Notes: generated from the sequence alone by a model not told the origin. A stretch of DNA of 64,000 nt from Octopus vulgaris (GCA_951406725.2 OX597839.1:39432001-39496000); one strand, 5' to 3'. Shown: positions 38,970-53,031, counted from the first letter of the stretch. Numbers and translations: made by a program.

Positions 38970-39955
38970 GCCAGGAATTTTAGGAGATAGGGTTTAGTTA
39001 ATTATATAGACCCCAGTATGTTACTGAATTTTATTTTATCAACCCTGAAAGAATGGAAGTTGGTTCTGGCAAAATTTGAACTGAAAATATAAAATAAGAA
39101 GAAGAAATGTCTCTTAGTATTTTGTCTGATGACCGAACGATTCTTCTAGTTTTAATAAGAATAGCTTCTGATTTAGGCACGAGGCCAGCACATTTGAGGG
39201 GAGGGTATTAGTTGATTACATCATCCCCAGTATGTCACTGGTACTATATTTTATCAACCCTAGAGGGATGAAAGGCAAAGTTCACCTTGGTGGTAAGAGC
39301 CAGCAGAAATGCTACTGAGCACATTTGTCCAATTCTACCAATTCCCCATATTATTATCGATAATAATAATGATGATGATGATTTCAAATTTTGGAACAAG
39401 GCCAGCAATTTCAGAGAGGGGATAAGTCAATTACTTCGACCCCTGCCCCCCAGGGTTCAACTAATACTTATTTAATCGACCCCAATGAAAGACAAAGTCA
39501 ACCTCGGCAGAATTTTCAACTCAGAACGTAAAGACAGATAAAATGCTGTTACACATTTCAATTTGGCATAACAATAACAACAATAACCCTTTTTACTAAA
39601 GGTACAAGGCCTGAAATTTGGTGAGGAAGGGGACTAATCAATTACATCAATCCCAACGTTTCGCTGGTACTTGATTTATCACCCCTGAAAGGATGAAAGG
39701 CAAAGTTGACCTCAGTGGAATTTGAACTCAGAACCTAAGGGCAGATGAAATGATACAAAGCATTTTGCCTGGCATGCTCACGATTCTACCAGTTTACCAC
39801 CTTATATAATAATAATAATCTTTTCTACTCTAGAACCCCGAAAGGATGAAAGGTAAAGTCGACCTCAGTGTAATTTGAACTCAGAACGTAAAGACAGACG
39901 AAATACTGCTAAGCATTTTGCCCAGCATGCTAACGATTCTGCCAGCTCACCACCT
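38970..39955 (-). mobile_element. Cluster of at least five family B SINE copies in (TAA)n-rich sequence
   Basis: Repeated GATGAAAGG.AAAG..ACCTC..GAATTTGAACTCAGAAC units of differing divergence, all in one orientation. Confidence 0.8.
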
Positions 39956-39970
39956 TTATATAATAATAAT

Positions 39971-40530
39971 TATGCCCTAATGCAGTACCAGGCAGTGGCT
40001 CTCATAGCTTCTGATCTTAACTGATTGGAAGTGTTATCATGTACATTGTTTTGTCTTGGTATAAAAGATGGGCTACAGCAAATATTCTGCTCAATACCAC
40101 AGATTTGCTTGTCAGTTGTTTGACCTTAACCAGTTGACCATGTCCCTTAGTGGCTGATGATATGTGCATCTCTGATCACGAGCAGAAATAGTGGGGGATA
40201 ATCATAGCCATGTGTTGAGAGGGATGCTTTGGGGTTTGAATAATTCACCTCTGGAAACATGGGTGTTTCATTCAAAAGCCTTAAACAACCCTTATTCAAG
40301 GACCGTTTGAGTGGGATGGGTTACTCAACCAAAAGAGAATTCTAACAAGACCCCATTTGCAAGGTTTATGCACTGTTTATCTTGATATGAGATCACCATG
40401 TCATACACATATGGCTGTGATACATGTGCCTGGTGTACCCTTATCAGGTGAGTAATCACGACGGGTATACTGGGCTTCGTATATTTTACCCCAGTGTCAC
40501 TTTGATGGCATGCGCTGCTCTCTCACTCCA
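39971..40530 (+). mobile_element. Probable non-LTR retrotransposon 3' region inserted in (TAA)n (Dong/R4-like)
   Basis: 560 bp non-microsatellite block with TAA repeats on both sides. Dong elements are known to target TAA repeats; the family call is inference only. Confidence 0.4.
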
Positions 40531-41760
40531 TAATAATAATAATAATAATAATAATGATGATAATATCTTTATCTGAATTACTAAATTGTCGATGTAAATT
40601 TTTCTTACAATATATATTTATCTTACTTGGATTTGTATAAGGGCCTTTAAGACTGGCCCTTAAATAAAAAAAAATCATTCATGAAGTAGCCTAGAGAGAC
40701 AAACATTTCTATTACCTTCATTCCTGAGTAAGGTGTTGTTGTAGCCAAAATTTTAATGTATGTAATGTAAAAATGTAAACGTGTGTATGCAGGTGTATAA
40801 ATATATAACGCCAATGTGTTTCTCACACACACACCAACACATATACACATACATATATGTATATACACACACATATATAGATATATACTTATACAAATGC
40901 TTTTGAGAAGAGGGTGCATCTGTGTTTCTAAAGGTGAGATGAAGAATAGGGATGGTAGGTGAGGGACAGTGTGGGAGAGAGAAGGGGGAGAGAAAGAGGA
41001 AATAGAGTGTAAGACAGAGAGAGGAGTGATAAACGGGATGGGGAGAGTAAGAGGACATAGGGTGGATAAAGAATGAGAGACTGAGAATGGGAGAGAGAGA
41101 GGGAGGGAGAAGGTAAAAGAGGAGAGCAAAGAAAACAGAAGTTTATTAAAGAGGGGGAGGTAGAAGGTGCAACGAGGGGGGGTAGTTTTGGGGGATGAAG
41201 TGGAACAATGGCATGGCAGACAATAAGATGGGGAGAGAGAGAGTGAAAGAGAGATAGAAGCAGAGGGAGAAGGTAATGGGGGAGGGTGTTAATGGAGGAG
41301 AGGAACCGAAGTGATTATGTGGTGAGAGAGTGGAGGGTGCGGGAGGAAGAAGAAGAACGAAGATGCTGGGAAATGATGAAGGTGAAGATGCGAAAGAGAA
41401 AGAGATAGAAGGTGGAGGAGGGGGGGGGTAAAATGGTAAAAGGGAAGGAAGGAAAGAAGGAAGGAAGAAAGGAAAGGAAGGAAGGAAGAAAGGAAAGAAG
41501 GAAGGAAGGGCAAAGGAAGGAAAGAAGGAAGGAAGGGAGGAAGGAAGGGCAAAGGAAGAATGTTAAGGAAGGAAGAAAGGAAGGAAGGAAGGAAGGAAGA
41601 AAAGGAAAGGTAGATTATTTAAGAGTAACGTGCAGGTAATAATTGTTGAATGTGTGTGTGTGTGTGTGTGTGTGTGTGAAGCAGAGAGGATAAGGAAAAA
41701 ATTAGTAGTTGCTCAAATAGGTAAATTGGTTGGTTGGTTGGCTAATAGCAAAGACTGATT

Positions 41761-42122
41761 ACTCTTTTACTTGTTTCAGTCATTTGAGTGCGGCCATGCT
41801 GGAGCACCGCCTTTAATCGAGCAACTCGACCCCGGGACTGATTATTCTTTTGTAAGCCCAGTACTTATTCTATCGGTCTCTTTTTGCCGACCGAACCGCT
41901 TAAGTAACGGGGACATAAACACACCAGCATCGGTTGTCAAGCAATGCTAGGGGGACAAACACAGACACACAAACACGCATATATATATATATATATATAT
42001 ATACATACGACGGGCTTCTTTTCAGTTTCCATCCACCAAATCCACTCACAAGGCTTTGGTCGGCCTGAAGCTATAGTAGAAGACACTTGCCCAAGGTGCC
42101 ACGCAGTGGGACTGAACCCGGG
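41761..42122 (-). mobile_element. SINE family A, head truncated
   Basis: Reverse-complement match to family A. Confidence 0.88.
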
Positions 42123-42156
42123 TAAGATTGATAAGAAGTCACACACACACATATAT

Positions 42157-42572
42157 ATTTCTTTACTGCCCACAAGGGGCTAAACATAGAGGGGACACAC
42201 AAAGACAGACAAAGGGATTAAGTCGATTACATTGACCCCAGTGCGTAACTGGTACTTAATTTATCGACCCTGAAAGGATGAAAGGCAAAGTCGAGCACGG
42301 CGGAATTTGAACTCAGAACGTAACGACAGACGAAATACCTATTTCTTTATTACCCACAAGGGGCTAAACATAGAGGGGACACACAAAGACAGACAAAGGG
42401 ATTAAGTCGATTACATCAACCCCAGTGTGTAACTGGTACTTATTTAATCGACCCCGAAAGGATGAAAGCCAAAGTCGACCTCGGTGGAATTTGAACTCAG
42501 AACGTAACGACAGACAAAATACCGCTAAGCATTTCGCCTGGCATGCTAACGATTCTGCCAGCTCGCCGCCTT
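42157..42572 (-). mobile_element. SINE family B, tandem dimer
   Basis: Two tails and bodies with one head. Confidence 0.88.
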
Positions 42573-42803
42573 CACAACACACACACACACATATATCCAT
42601 ACACATGTATACAGATAGATTTAGGTAGATACACGCAAACATATCTATCTACTCACAAGGGTTTGGTTACCCCGAGGCTATAGTAGAAGACATTATAGCC
42701 CAAGGTGCCATGCAGTGGAGCTGAACCCTGAGCCATGTGGTTGGGGAAGCAAGCTTCTTACCACACAGCCACATCTGCACCTATATATAAATATAAATTT
42801 TAC

Positions 42804-43313
42804 AGGGTCCAAATGCATTGATTTGCTTGAGGAACCTTGTGGGTCAAGGGACCTAATTCTGATGTATGTAAGCTGTGGCTTGTTGTCAAATAACCCAATG
42901 CTCTGATTTGCCGGGGCGGTGGGGAGGTCCTCATGTGTCGAGGACCTAATTCTTATATATGTATGATGTGGTTTTGCTGTCAATAAATACTAAAGGGTTC
43001 ATTATATTGATTTGCTTGGGGACCCCCACTGATCAAAGGGTTTAATTCAAATCTATAATGTGGCTTGCTGTTAATAAATATTATAGGGCTTGGTGCATTG
43101 ATTGGCCAGGGGACCCTCATGGGTCAAGGGCCTAATTTGGGTATACGTATGGTGTGGTTTGCTGTCAATAAATACTATAGGGCCCAGTGCTTTAATTTGT
43201 TCAGGGCCCTCATGGGTCAAGGGGCCTCATTCTAATATGAATATGCACTAAGCCTATAATGGCTCAGTGTACTGATTTCCCCAGGGGCTTGTAATACTGT
43301 TAAGACAGCCCTG
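42804..43313. mobile_element. DNA transposon end (hAT/Tip100-like) with ~90-100 bp subterminal tandem repeats
   Basis: About five units (TGATTTG...GGGTCAAGGG.CCTAATT...TGTGG.TTGCTGTCAATAAATA) ending in GTTAAGACAGCCCTG, the reverse complement of a CAGGGC.GTCTTAAC terminus. Confidence 0.55.
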
Positions 43314-43732
43314 CTCAGTGTCCCCTTTTTCTTTTTAAACACGCAAACCCCAAAATGGCCACCCCTCTTTACCTGCTGCATCCTTTAGTATTCAGATGGT
43401 TTTTCTATCAAATGGTTCTTTATTCACATTTTCTCGAATTACATAAGCGTTATCTCCAAGATGTGAGATTTTCATTTTTTTTTTTTATTTTATCTAGTTT
43501 CAGCTCACGAGCTGTGGCCATGCTGGGGCACCGCCATTAAAGGCAAAGTCGACCTCGGCGGAATTTGAACTCAGAACATAAAGACAGATGAAACAACGTA
43601 AATCATTTCACCTGGCATGCTAACATTTCTGCCAGCTCACCGATTATTTTTAGAATGACATTGTAGAGAAGGTGTGAGAGGTCAAATCTGGTCAGTTTGA
43701 ACATAAAACAGGTAGAATATTTGGGCCAGATA

Positions 43733-44170
43733 TCATCATCATCATCATAATCATCATTTAACGTCCGTTTTCCATGCTAGCATGGGTTGGACGGTTCAAC
43801 CGGGGTCTGGTAAGCCATGGAAGCTGCACCAGGCTCTGGTCTGATTTGGCAGTGTTTCTACAGCTGGATGCCCTTCCTAATGCCAACCACTCCATGAGTG
43901 TAGTGGGTGTTTTTTATGTGCCCCCAGCACAGGGGCCAGAGGAGGCTGGCAAACGGCCACGATCGGTTGGTGCTTTTACGTGTCACCAACACGGACGCCA
44001 GTCAGGCAGCACAAGCATTGGCCACGTTCAGACGATATCATCATCATCATCATCATTTAGCGTCCGCTTTCCATGCTAGCATGGGTTGGACGGTTTAACT
44101 GGGGTCTGTGAAGCTGGAAGGCTTCATCAGGCCCAGATTTGGCAGTGTTTCTACGGCTGGATGCCCTTCC
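43733..44170 (-). mobile_element. Family C retroposon, two copies
   Basis: Two reverse-complemented (GAT)n tails and two GGATGCCCTTCC motifs. Confidence 0.82.
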
Positions 44171-44884
44171 TGGCTAGTTTAAATCACTACAGCTAAATTT
44201 CTGCAATGAAATATCTTGAAGTTGGCGAAGGTAAACAATACACACACCTGGTGTTTAGGGCTTGGGTTAAGCCGAAAACGGGTGGTGCATGTATTCTTTA
44301 CCTCCACCCTGAAGTTTCCAATAACAGCAATAGTTCTGAATCTGAGTGAGTGTCCTTGTAGATAGATACCCTTGTCATTGTGTAACCATTTCATGTCACA
44401 TACTGACCCAAATAAGTATCTTAGCTTATTTTAGTTCATTCAACCCCAGTGACCGTGAAAATGGTGGGAAATTTTTCAATTTCACTGTTAGTCATTACAA
44501 AAAAAAAAAATAGAAGAAAAAAACAAGTTTGAAAATTTGTGATTACCCCCTCCCCGTGACACGCATGACTGATTTTTCGAAGTTTTTTTGTTTTTGAACA
44601 ATGAACTTAAAAAGTCGCAAGGGAAGGCTTTGAAAAGTAATTTTGAAACTACTGGAAACCCGTGGTTTTGGAAAGCCACTAAGCTCCCTGCCTCAAGACA
44701 ACGATCACGATTACAATCCCTCCTACTTTATTTTTTCCCATTTCACACAAAATGAAACAAATTTCTTTTTTTTTCTTCTTTTTTTTTACACTTTTGTGAA
44801 CTTTTTCCATTCAACATGAACAGAAAAAGAATGAATTTAAAAACAATAGTGAAACCATATTTACCATGTAATTAAAACACTGTC

Positions 44885-45201
44885 AATAGACAGACTGATA
44901 GATAAACATACATAGATAGATAGATAGATAGATAGATATATAGATAGAGACAGACAGAGATAGATAGGTAGATAGATAGATAGATATCGATAGACAGATA
45001 AATATATTGTTAGATAGAAATAGACATAAACAGAGATTGATAGATAGATAGATAGATAGACAGATAGATAGACATAGAGACACAGACAGACGTAGATAGA
45101 TAGAAACATAGATATAGACAAATAGATAGATAGACAGACAGATAGATATAGATTAACAGATAAATATATAGATATTGTTAGATAGAAACAGACATAGACA
45201 G

Positions 45202-45240
<39 letters not shown>

Positions 45241-45268
45241 CAGATAGATATAGAGACACAGACAGACG

Positions 45269-45342
<74 letters not shown>

Positions 45343-45500
45343 TAGACAAATAGATAGATATAGACAGACAGATAGATATCAGATAGATAGACAGATAGAT
45401 ATATAGATATTGTTAGATAGAAACAGACATAGACAGAGATAGATAGACATAGACAGACAGATAGATAGATAGGCTGACAGACAGATAGATAGATAGATAG
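44885..45500 (+). repeat. (GATA)n/(GACA)n compound satellite with a higher-order unit
   Basis: ATATTGTTAGATAGAAA(T/C)AGACATA recurs at ~45004, 45172 and 45407. Confidence 0.92.
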
Positions 45501-45969
45501 AAAGAGAAAGAAAGTCAGAGAGAGAGAGAGAGAGAAATATACAAAGCAAAAGATGAAAGGTAGATAACGGAATGCTGGGGTATAAAATGACTTTCAATAT
45601 TGAGTAGCAGAGAGGAAACAGCTCTCAACCACCCGAACCATAATTCATGTCAGCAGCCTCCCCCGTCACCCCGCCACTTAGTAATAACAATAACATAATG
45701 GTTTGTTGTAATGTTTGTATAATTACACACATACACACACACATATATACACACATCGCCTGTCAGTGCAGCTAGAACCGAGAAAAGCACGTGTCTATAT
45801 ACTCATATATATATATATATGTGCGTGCGTGTGTATAGGTAATATATACACATACACACACAAATACAGACATTTTGCATACTTTCATATTTAGGCATAC
45901 CTACAAAACTACTACAGTGTGCCTCTCTCTCACCGACTTTGTTTCCTCATAACTTACAGAAAAATGGAT

Positions 45970-46398
45970 GGCGATCTTTCGTCTCTAGTAGACCTTTCCG
46001 TCGATTTCCGTAAAAAATTTTTTTTTTTTTTTTTACATATGGGCTTGCGGGAACTTCTGAAGTAATATACATACATATACACATACACCGAGTAAAAAAT
46101 TTCAGTTATCTCTTTCTTTCACACATTACTCTCTCTGTCTCTTCACACACACTAACAGAAGCACTTCACTTACACAACATACTGTCTGTCTCCCACACCC
46201 CATCAAACACACACACACATGTACATCAATGCTTGCCATGCACGGTAACTTCAAAAGAACTTCCCTCGTCATACAATCGCTTCCTCTTAGTCTCTCTCGC
46301 TCTCATTACTTCAAAAGTTCCCGCAAGCCCATATGTAAAAAAAAAAATTTTTTTTTACGGAAATCGACGGAAAGGTCTACTAGAGACGAAAGATTGCC
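45970..46398. mobile_element. Merlin-like MITE (429 bp, ~95 bp TIRs, 8 bp TSD)
   Basis: TIRs GGCGATCTTTCGTCTCTAGTAGACCTTTCCGTCG... and ...CGACGGAAAGGTCTACTAGAGACGAAAGATTGCC; flanks AAATGGAT and AAATGGGT. Confidence 0.75.
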
Positions 46399-46776
46399 AA
46401 ATGGGTATTTTTAAATGAAATTTTCTGCATACACGCTTCAGATGGTGTTGATTCCGATTATATACCTACACCGAAATTTTTCTGGCCGGGTAAGGAAGGA
46501 AAGGAGTTTCAGAAAATTCACACCAGACAGCTTTGTTTCCTCATAACTTTCAGAAAATAGGTATTTTTCAATGAGATTTTCTACAAATATCTTTCAGAGT
46601 GTGAAGATTACAACATTATATACGTGTGTATATATATATATATATTGATTTAATCCGTGACTATGGATTATGCCCTATGGTCGTAACTTCAACCGTGCTT
46701 TTTCTGTTGTGAGTTTGCTACCCAGGTATCGGTTATCTTTCGAATTATCCGTAATAAGATAATTCATTTGTCTACA

Positions 46777-46811
<35 letters not shown>

Positions 46812-47716
46812 CAATAAGAAAATATAGGGGATCAATAGGTGGTTCATCAACTTTTAGACATTATATTATGTTAACTTATTTATTTATTTACTAAACTGAT
46901 AATTACAATAATATATATACATATAACATATTATGCTTTACATATAAGATACAAAATATATTAATATATAAGGATACCAGTAATTATTATAAAATAACAT
47001 ACATGAATATATATATATAAGGATAAGATAGTTAATTTAAATATCGATCTTATCAAGTGGCTAGCATGGGAATAAAAACCTTCAATGGTAATAATTATTA
47101 TTGAAATTATAATTTAGGGTAGCTAAGAGATACCACCACGCTGGAAATAGCAGCCAAAACTTGACTCTAAAACCACATTAAACGTTCATACAGCACCAGG
47201 AGAGAAGACGGACGGACGGACATACATACATACATACTTACATACATACATGCATACACACACATTCATACACACATACATGCATACATACACACATACA
47301 TACATACACACATACATACATACATACATACATACATACATACATACATACATACACACATACATACATACAGACATACATACACACATACATACATACA
47401 TTCATACATACATACATACATACATTCAGACATATATACATACATACATGTGTGTGAGTATGCATAACATAATATATATATATACATGACAATCTTTTAG
47501 TATTTGCCAACATATAATGATACACACCCAGTGCACACTTGCATATATATGCGCGTGTGACGGTGTGTATACACATGTATACGAACAAATATTCTGACTG
47601 ATCAACATACACGCAGTGAAAATAAATCATTATACACACTGGACAGATGCAGAACAGAAGCATTGTATAAGTTTTTCATTGTATAAAATGTATGTGTGTA
47701 TGTATGTATGTATGTA

Positions 47717-47747
<31 letters not shown>

Positions 47748-47824
47748 GTGTATGTATGTATGCGTGTGTGTGTATGTATGTATGTGTGTGTATATGTATG
47801 TATGTGTGTATGCATGAATGTGTG

Positions 47825-47868
<44 letters not shown>

Positions 47869-48964
47869 GTGTGTGTGAGAGCGCGATTTGTTGGTTAATA
47901 CGAGTGTATATTCGCGTTTGTTTATATGTATAAACGTCCGCATGTTTATAAAAGTCCGTCGAATGTATACATGCGTGTATATGAGCAAGTATGCTTGTTT
48001 TTATTCTCAGCACACACACACATATATATACCATATATATATGGCGATCGCCGTGTTCGTATATCGTGTATATTTGATTATATGAGTGTATATATACTTG
48101 TATATGTTGTATGTGCGTGTATATAAACATAGGCGGGCAGGAAAGAGAGAGTGTATACTTACATGTTACGCGCACATAGATCCGTGATGAGTGAATGATG
48201 TCGAGAGGGAGAGAAAGAGAGAGTGGGAGGCGGAATGAAGGCGAGGGAGGCAGAGAGTGAGGAGAGAGCACGTATATATATATATATATAGTCAGAGGAA
48301 CGGTGAGAGTGAACGATAGATGTATTAATATAGAGTGAATGAGTGAGAGAGAGCGGGAAAATGACGAGAAGAAAAGGGAGAGGAAGGGAGAAAGATATAG
48401 AGAGGGCGAAAAAGTAGTGAAAGGAAAGGGGGGGGATAGGAAAAAGATAGAAAGAATGGAGGAAAGGGGGAAAGGAAAAGTGAGATATGGAAAGGGGGAG
48501 TGGAAGAAATAGAAGAGGGTGGAGGGAGAAGGGATAAAAAGTAGGCGGGAAAGATAGATGGAGATGGAGAGGGAAAGAATGAAAAAGAGAGAGAGAGAGG
48601 AAAGGAGAGAGGAGAAGAAGAAGTGAAAAGTATGGAAAGAGGTGAGGAAAGACGAAGTGGAAGTGAAAAACAGAGAGAGGGGGAGATGCGGAAGGATGCG
48701 AAGAGAAATATAGTGGGAGGCAAAAAGAAAGAGAGAGATAGAGAGAAGACAGAGGTTGCAGGGCGGAGAAAAGAGATAGGGAAAGAAAGACTAAATAAAG
48801 AGAGGGGGAAAAAATTAGCAGTGAGAGGAATATTGAAATCGTATATTGAGGGTGAAGGGGGGAAATAGCATCTGAATGGTGGGAAAACGAGACAGACATA
48901 TTAACACATATACACACGCGCGCTCACGCACACACACACATCTCTCTAGCTCTCTCTCTCTCCG

Positions 48965-49004
<40 letters not shown>

Positions 49005-49456
49005 TAGGTAGATAGATAGATATATATATAGATATACACACACGCACGCACACTGGGGGTGGACGAATGGCTGGATGTATGTATGGATGGATGGATGGCT
49101 AGATGTATGTATGTATATATGTATGTATGTGTGTATGTATGTATGTGTGTGTGTATGTATGGATGGATGGACGGATGGACAAGACAAAGTGGGTGTAGAC
49201 GGGATGTATGGATGGACGGACATATAGCTGAAGTAAGTATACGTGAGTGTGTGTGTATGCGTGTGTACATATTATAGTGAGAACTGGTTGAGTTGCAATA
49301 GCTTTTTCCTCTGACCAGGATTGAGTTCCTCCCAAACATCAAATTCCCTCTCACCGCCAACAGTATAAGAACTTTTTCCAAACTCATGAAATAGATAGAT
49401 AGGTAGGTAGGTAAGTAGGTAGGTAGGTAGGTGGGTAGATAGATAGATAGATAGAT

Positions 49457-49501
<45 letters not shown>

Positions 49502-49613
49502 GTAGGTAGATAGATAGATAGATAGATAGATAGACTGACAGACAGAATGATAGATAGATAGACGATAGACAGATAGATAGATGATAGACAGATAGATAGA
49601 TGATTGATAGATA

Positions 49614-49865
49614 GATATGTTTCTTTATTAGCCACACAGGGCTGCACACAGACAGGACAAATTACAAGGTAGAGCTTTTCTTTTGGGGGTAAAGGGGGTT
49701 TGGTTTTCGATCAAAAGGGATCGTAAAGGGAAAGAAAGAGGACAAAAAAGGGGGGAATAAAATAAAATAAAAAAGATAAATAGATAGATATGTTTCTTTA
49801 TTAGCCACACGGGGCTGCACACAGATAGAACAAATTACAAGGTAGAGCTTTTCTTTTGAAGGTAA
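49614..49865 (-). mobile_element. Two tandem LINE-like 3' ends inside a (GATA)n tract
   Basis: Minus strand AAAAGCTCTACCTTGTAATTTGT.CT.TCTGTGTGCAGCCC.GTGTGGCTAATAAAGAAACATATCT occurs twice. Confidence 0.65.
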
Positions 49866-49966
49866 AAAAAAAAAAAAAAAAGGATAGATATACAGATAGA
49901 TAGATAGATAGAAAGGTGATAGATAAATTGGTAGATAGAGACAGAGAGAAAGATTGAAAGATAGAC

Positions 49967-50013
<47 letters not shown>

Positions 50014-50034
50014 CAGACAGATAGATAGATAGAC

Positions 50035-50081
<47 letters not shown>

Positions 50082-50504
50082 CAGATAAATATATAGATAG
50101 ACAGAGAGAGATAGATAGATAGATTGATAGATGAAAGAGAAGGAAGTATGTAGATGAAAATATGCAAAGAAATATTTTCTAGGAGAGAATTTTCTCATGA
50201 ATCATACATTTAAAAGAATGGTCTGTTTAACATTTAACTAACCGAAAAGAAAACTGAAAGTTTGGCACAAGGCCAGCAATTTCAAAGAAGGGGTATGCTG
50301 GTTACATCCACCCGAAGAGTTTAACTGTTACTTATCTTATCGGCCCTTAAAGAATGGAAAGCAAAGTCAACTACGGCAGAATTTCAACTCAGAACATGTT
50401 GAAATGAATATTATATAATATTCCTTTCTGTTATAAGCACAAGGCCGGCAATTTTGGGGGACAGGTGTAGTTGAATACACCTATGTATATATATATATAT
50501 ATAT

Positions 50505-50955
50505 CGAAATTGAACCAATCCTATGACTGGCACCCGGCAGATGCCAGGACCCCGGGACTGGAGATAAGTAAAAAGCACTATCCGAATCGTGGCCGATGCC
50601 AGCGCCGCCTCGACTGGCTTCTGGCTTCCGTGTCAGTGGCACGTAAAAAGCACCATCCAAATCGTGGCCGAAGCCAGTGCCGCCTCGACTGGCTTCCGTG
50701 CAGGTGGCACGTAAAATGCACCAATCCGACCGTGGCCGATGCCAGCCTCGCCTGGCACCAGTGCAGGTGGCACGTAAAAAGCACCCACTACACTCACGGA
50801 GTGGTTGGCGTTAGGAAGGGCATCCAGCTGTAGAAACATTGCCAGATAAGACCGGAGCCTGGTGCAGCCTTCTGGCTTCCCAGATCCCCGGTCGAACCGT
50901 CCAACCCATGCTAGCATGGAGAACGGACGTTAAACGATGATGATGATGATGATGA
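50505..50955 (+). mobile_element. Family C retroposon, long copy with four internal ~65 bp units
   Basis: GGCACGTAAAA.GCACC...CGTGGCCGA.GCCAG units, then TTAGGAAGGGCATCCAGC and GGACGTTAAACGATGATGATG. Confidence 0.88.
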
Positions 50956-52139
50956 CATACACACGACAGGTTTCTTTCAGTTTCGATATACCAAATCCAC
51001 TCACAAGGCTTTGGTCAACCCGAGGCTATTGCAGAAGACACTTGTATAAGGTGCCATACAGTGGGACTGAACACAGAACCATGTTGTTGGGAAGCAAGCT
51101 TCATACCACACAGCCATGCCTATTAATTTTTTCATCTTGCAGTCATATGGTTTCGGGTTCAGTTCCACTGTACGGCACCTTTAGCAAGTAGCTCCTACCA
51201 CTGACCCATGTAGGTCAATACCTTACAAGGAAATTCCTCACGTGTGTGTCTGTGAGTAATTTATATCTATATTTGGATGTGTATGCATGGGGTGGCTATG
51301 TGTCTGTTATTCACTGCTTGATAATCGGCATTAGTTTGTTAAAGTGCTTGCAACTTAGCAGTTCAGCAAAAAAATATGCAACTAAACATGGGTAAATTGT
51401 GCCACAAGAATGGTTGCCGTCCAATGACTGGAATAATTGCTGTAATTTTCCGTCCTACTTTTATGCTGTTGTTCTTCATGTTTAATCCTTGTTTGCTCAT
51501 CACCATAGTGATATTCCCTTTATCGCTGGTGCAACCAGATGAGCAGAACTGTGGAATTTAAAGACTTCAGATTTTAAACGTGCTGAAACTGCGTATGTAG
51601 TCAGGTCTCCATAGCTAATGAGAGGATTTTCCATTTTTTTGAGTTTTCATATATACATAGTGAGTGTGTGTGTGTACATGCATGTGTGTGTGTGTGTACA
51701 TTCATACACACACATATATACATTCATATAGATAGATGCATACACACATATACATACACTTGTATAAACATTCACGCCTACACTCACATATATTGCTGTT
51801 ATTTAGGATGTTGTTGTTAGTTACACTATCACCATGAAAACCCAGCGCCATTAGAGCAATGCTCAAAGACATCCCATATATGACCACCCAATCACCTTCC
51901 TCCGCTCCGACAGCATGCGTCAAGGACTACAGCTGATTGAAAAAGTGTGTGTAATTTCTACCGTAACACACCAGAGTGTGTGATTCGAGGGAGATTTAGC
52001 TGCTACTTTTAGAAGTTGAATGGTCTTGTTGAAATTCTCTCGTACACACGTTACTGTTGTTGTTTGTTGTTGTTATTGTTGGGGTTACTGCTGCTGTTAG
52101 TTGGATTTTAGGAAATACTGATAAGGAGAGAGAGGGGGA

Positions 52140-52177
<38 letters not shown>

Positions 52178-52724
52178 CAGAGTGAGGGAGACAGAGAAAG
52201 AAAGACAAAGGGTAAACAGAGGGTAAGATACAGATGAAGAGACATCTTCATCTGTATGCATGTGTATGTGTGTGCATGTGTATATGTGTGTGTGTTTGTG
52301 TATACGTACATACATAGAGAGAGAGAGATAGAGAGAATGAGAGAGAGAGATAGAGAGAATGAGAGAGAGAGATAGAGAGAATGAGAGAGAGAGATAGAGA
52401 GAATGAGAGAGAGAGAGAGGAGAGATATATATGCACATATATTTATCATTGTTTCTCTGTCTCTCTCTCTCTCTTGTCTCTCTATCTGCCTCTCTCTTTC
52501 TATACATATATAGAGAGAGAGAGAGAAAGAGAGAGAGGAAAGAGAAAGTGGAGGGAGGAGGAAAAAGCAAAGCAGCAAGTCGGTTTGGTTTGGTGGTTCC
52601 ATTCTTGAGTTCATTCCAAATATCCAACATTCTGAGATAGAAATAGAGATTTCGCTAAAGGAGAGAGTGATAGGGGTGTGGAGAGGGTGAAGTAGAGCGA
52701 GATACCTAGGGCAGAGAGGAGAGT

Positions 52725-52757
<33 letters not shown>

Positions 52758-53031
52758 CATATGTATATACGTGTATATGTGTTGTAAGTTTGGTTTTACA
52801 AATGGGAGACGTAGAACTCAATACACAAGGCAAATGTGTATGCAAGTATATTTTTTATAGCATGAAATAGAAAACTGTAAGAGTGACTGAAAAGTTCAGT
52901 TTTTCGTGCCAAGGCACTTAAGCGTTAAATATATCTAGGTTTGGGGATTTCAAACAGCAAAAATACAACTCAAAACATGAGGGCGTATATACATAGACTG
53001 TTTTTCCTGTCCATCTTTGTATCGTCTACAG

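Noticed and set aside
49272-49390. Protein-like minus-strand peptide GKSSYTVGGEREFDVWEELNPGQRKKLLQLNQFSL
   Set aside because: Short, no recognisable family, and no convincing splice acceptor.
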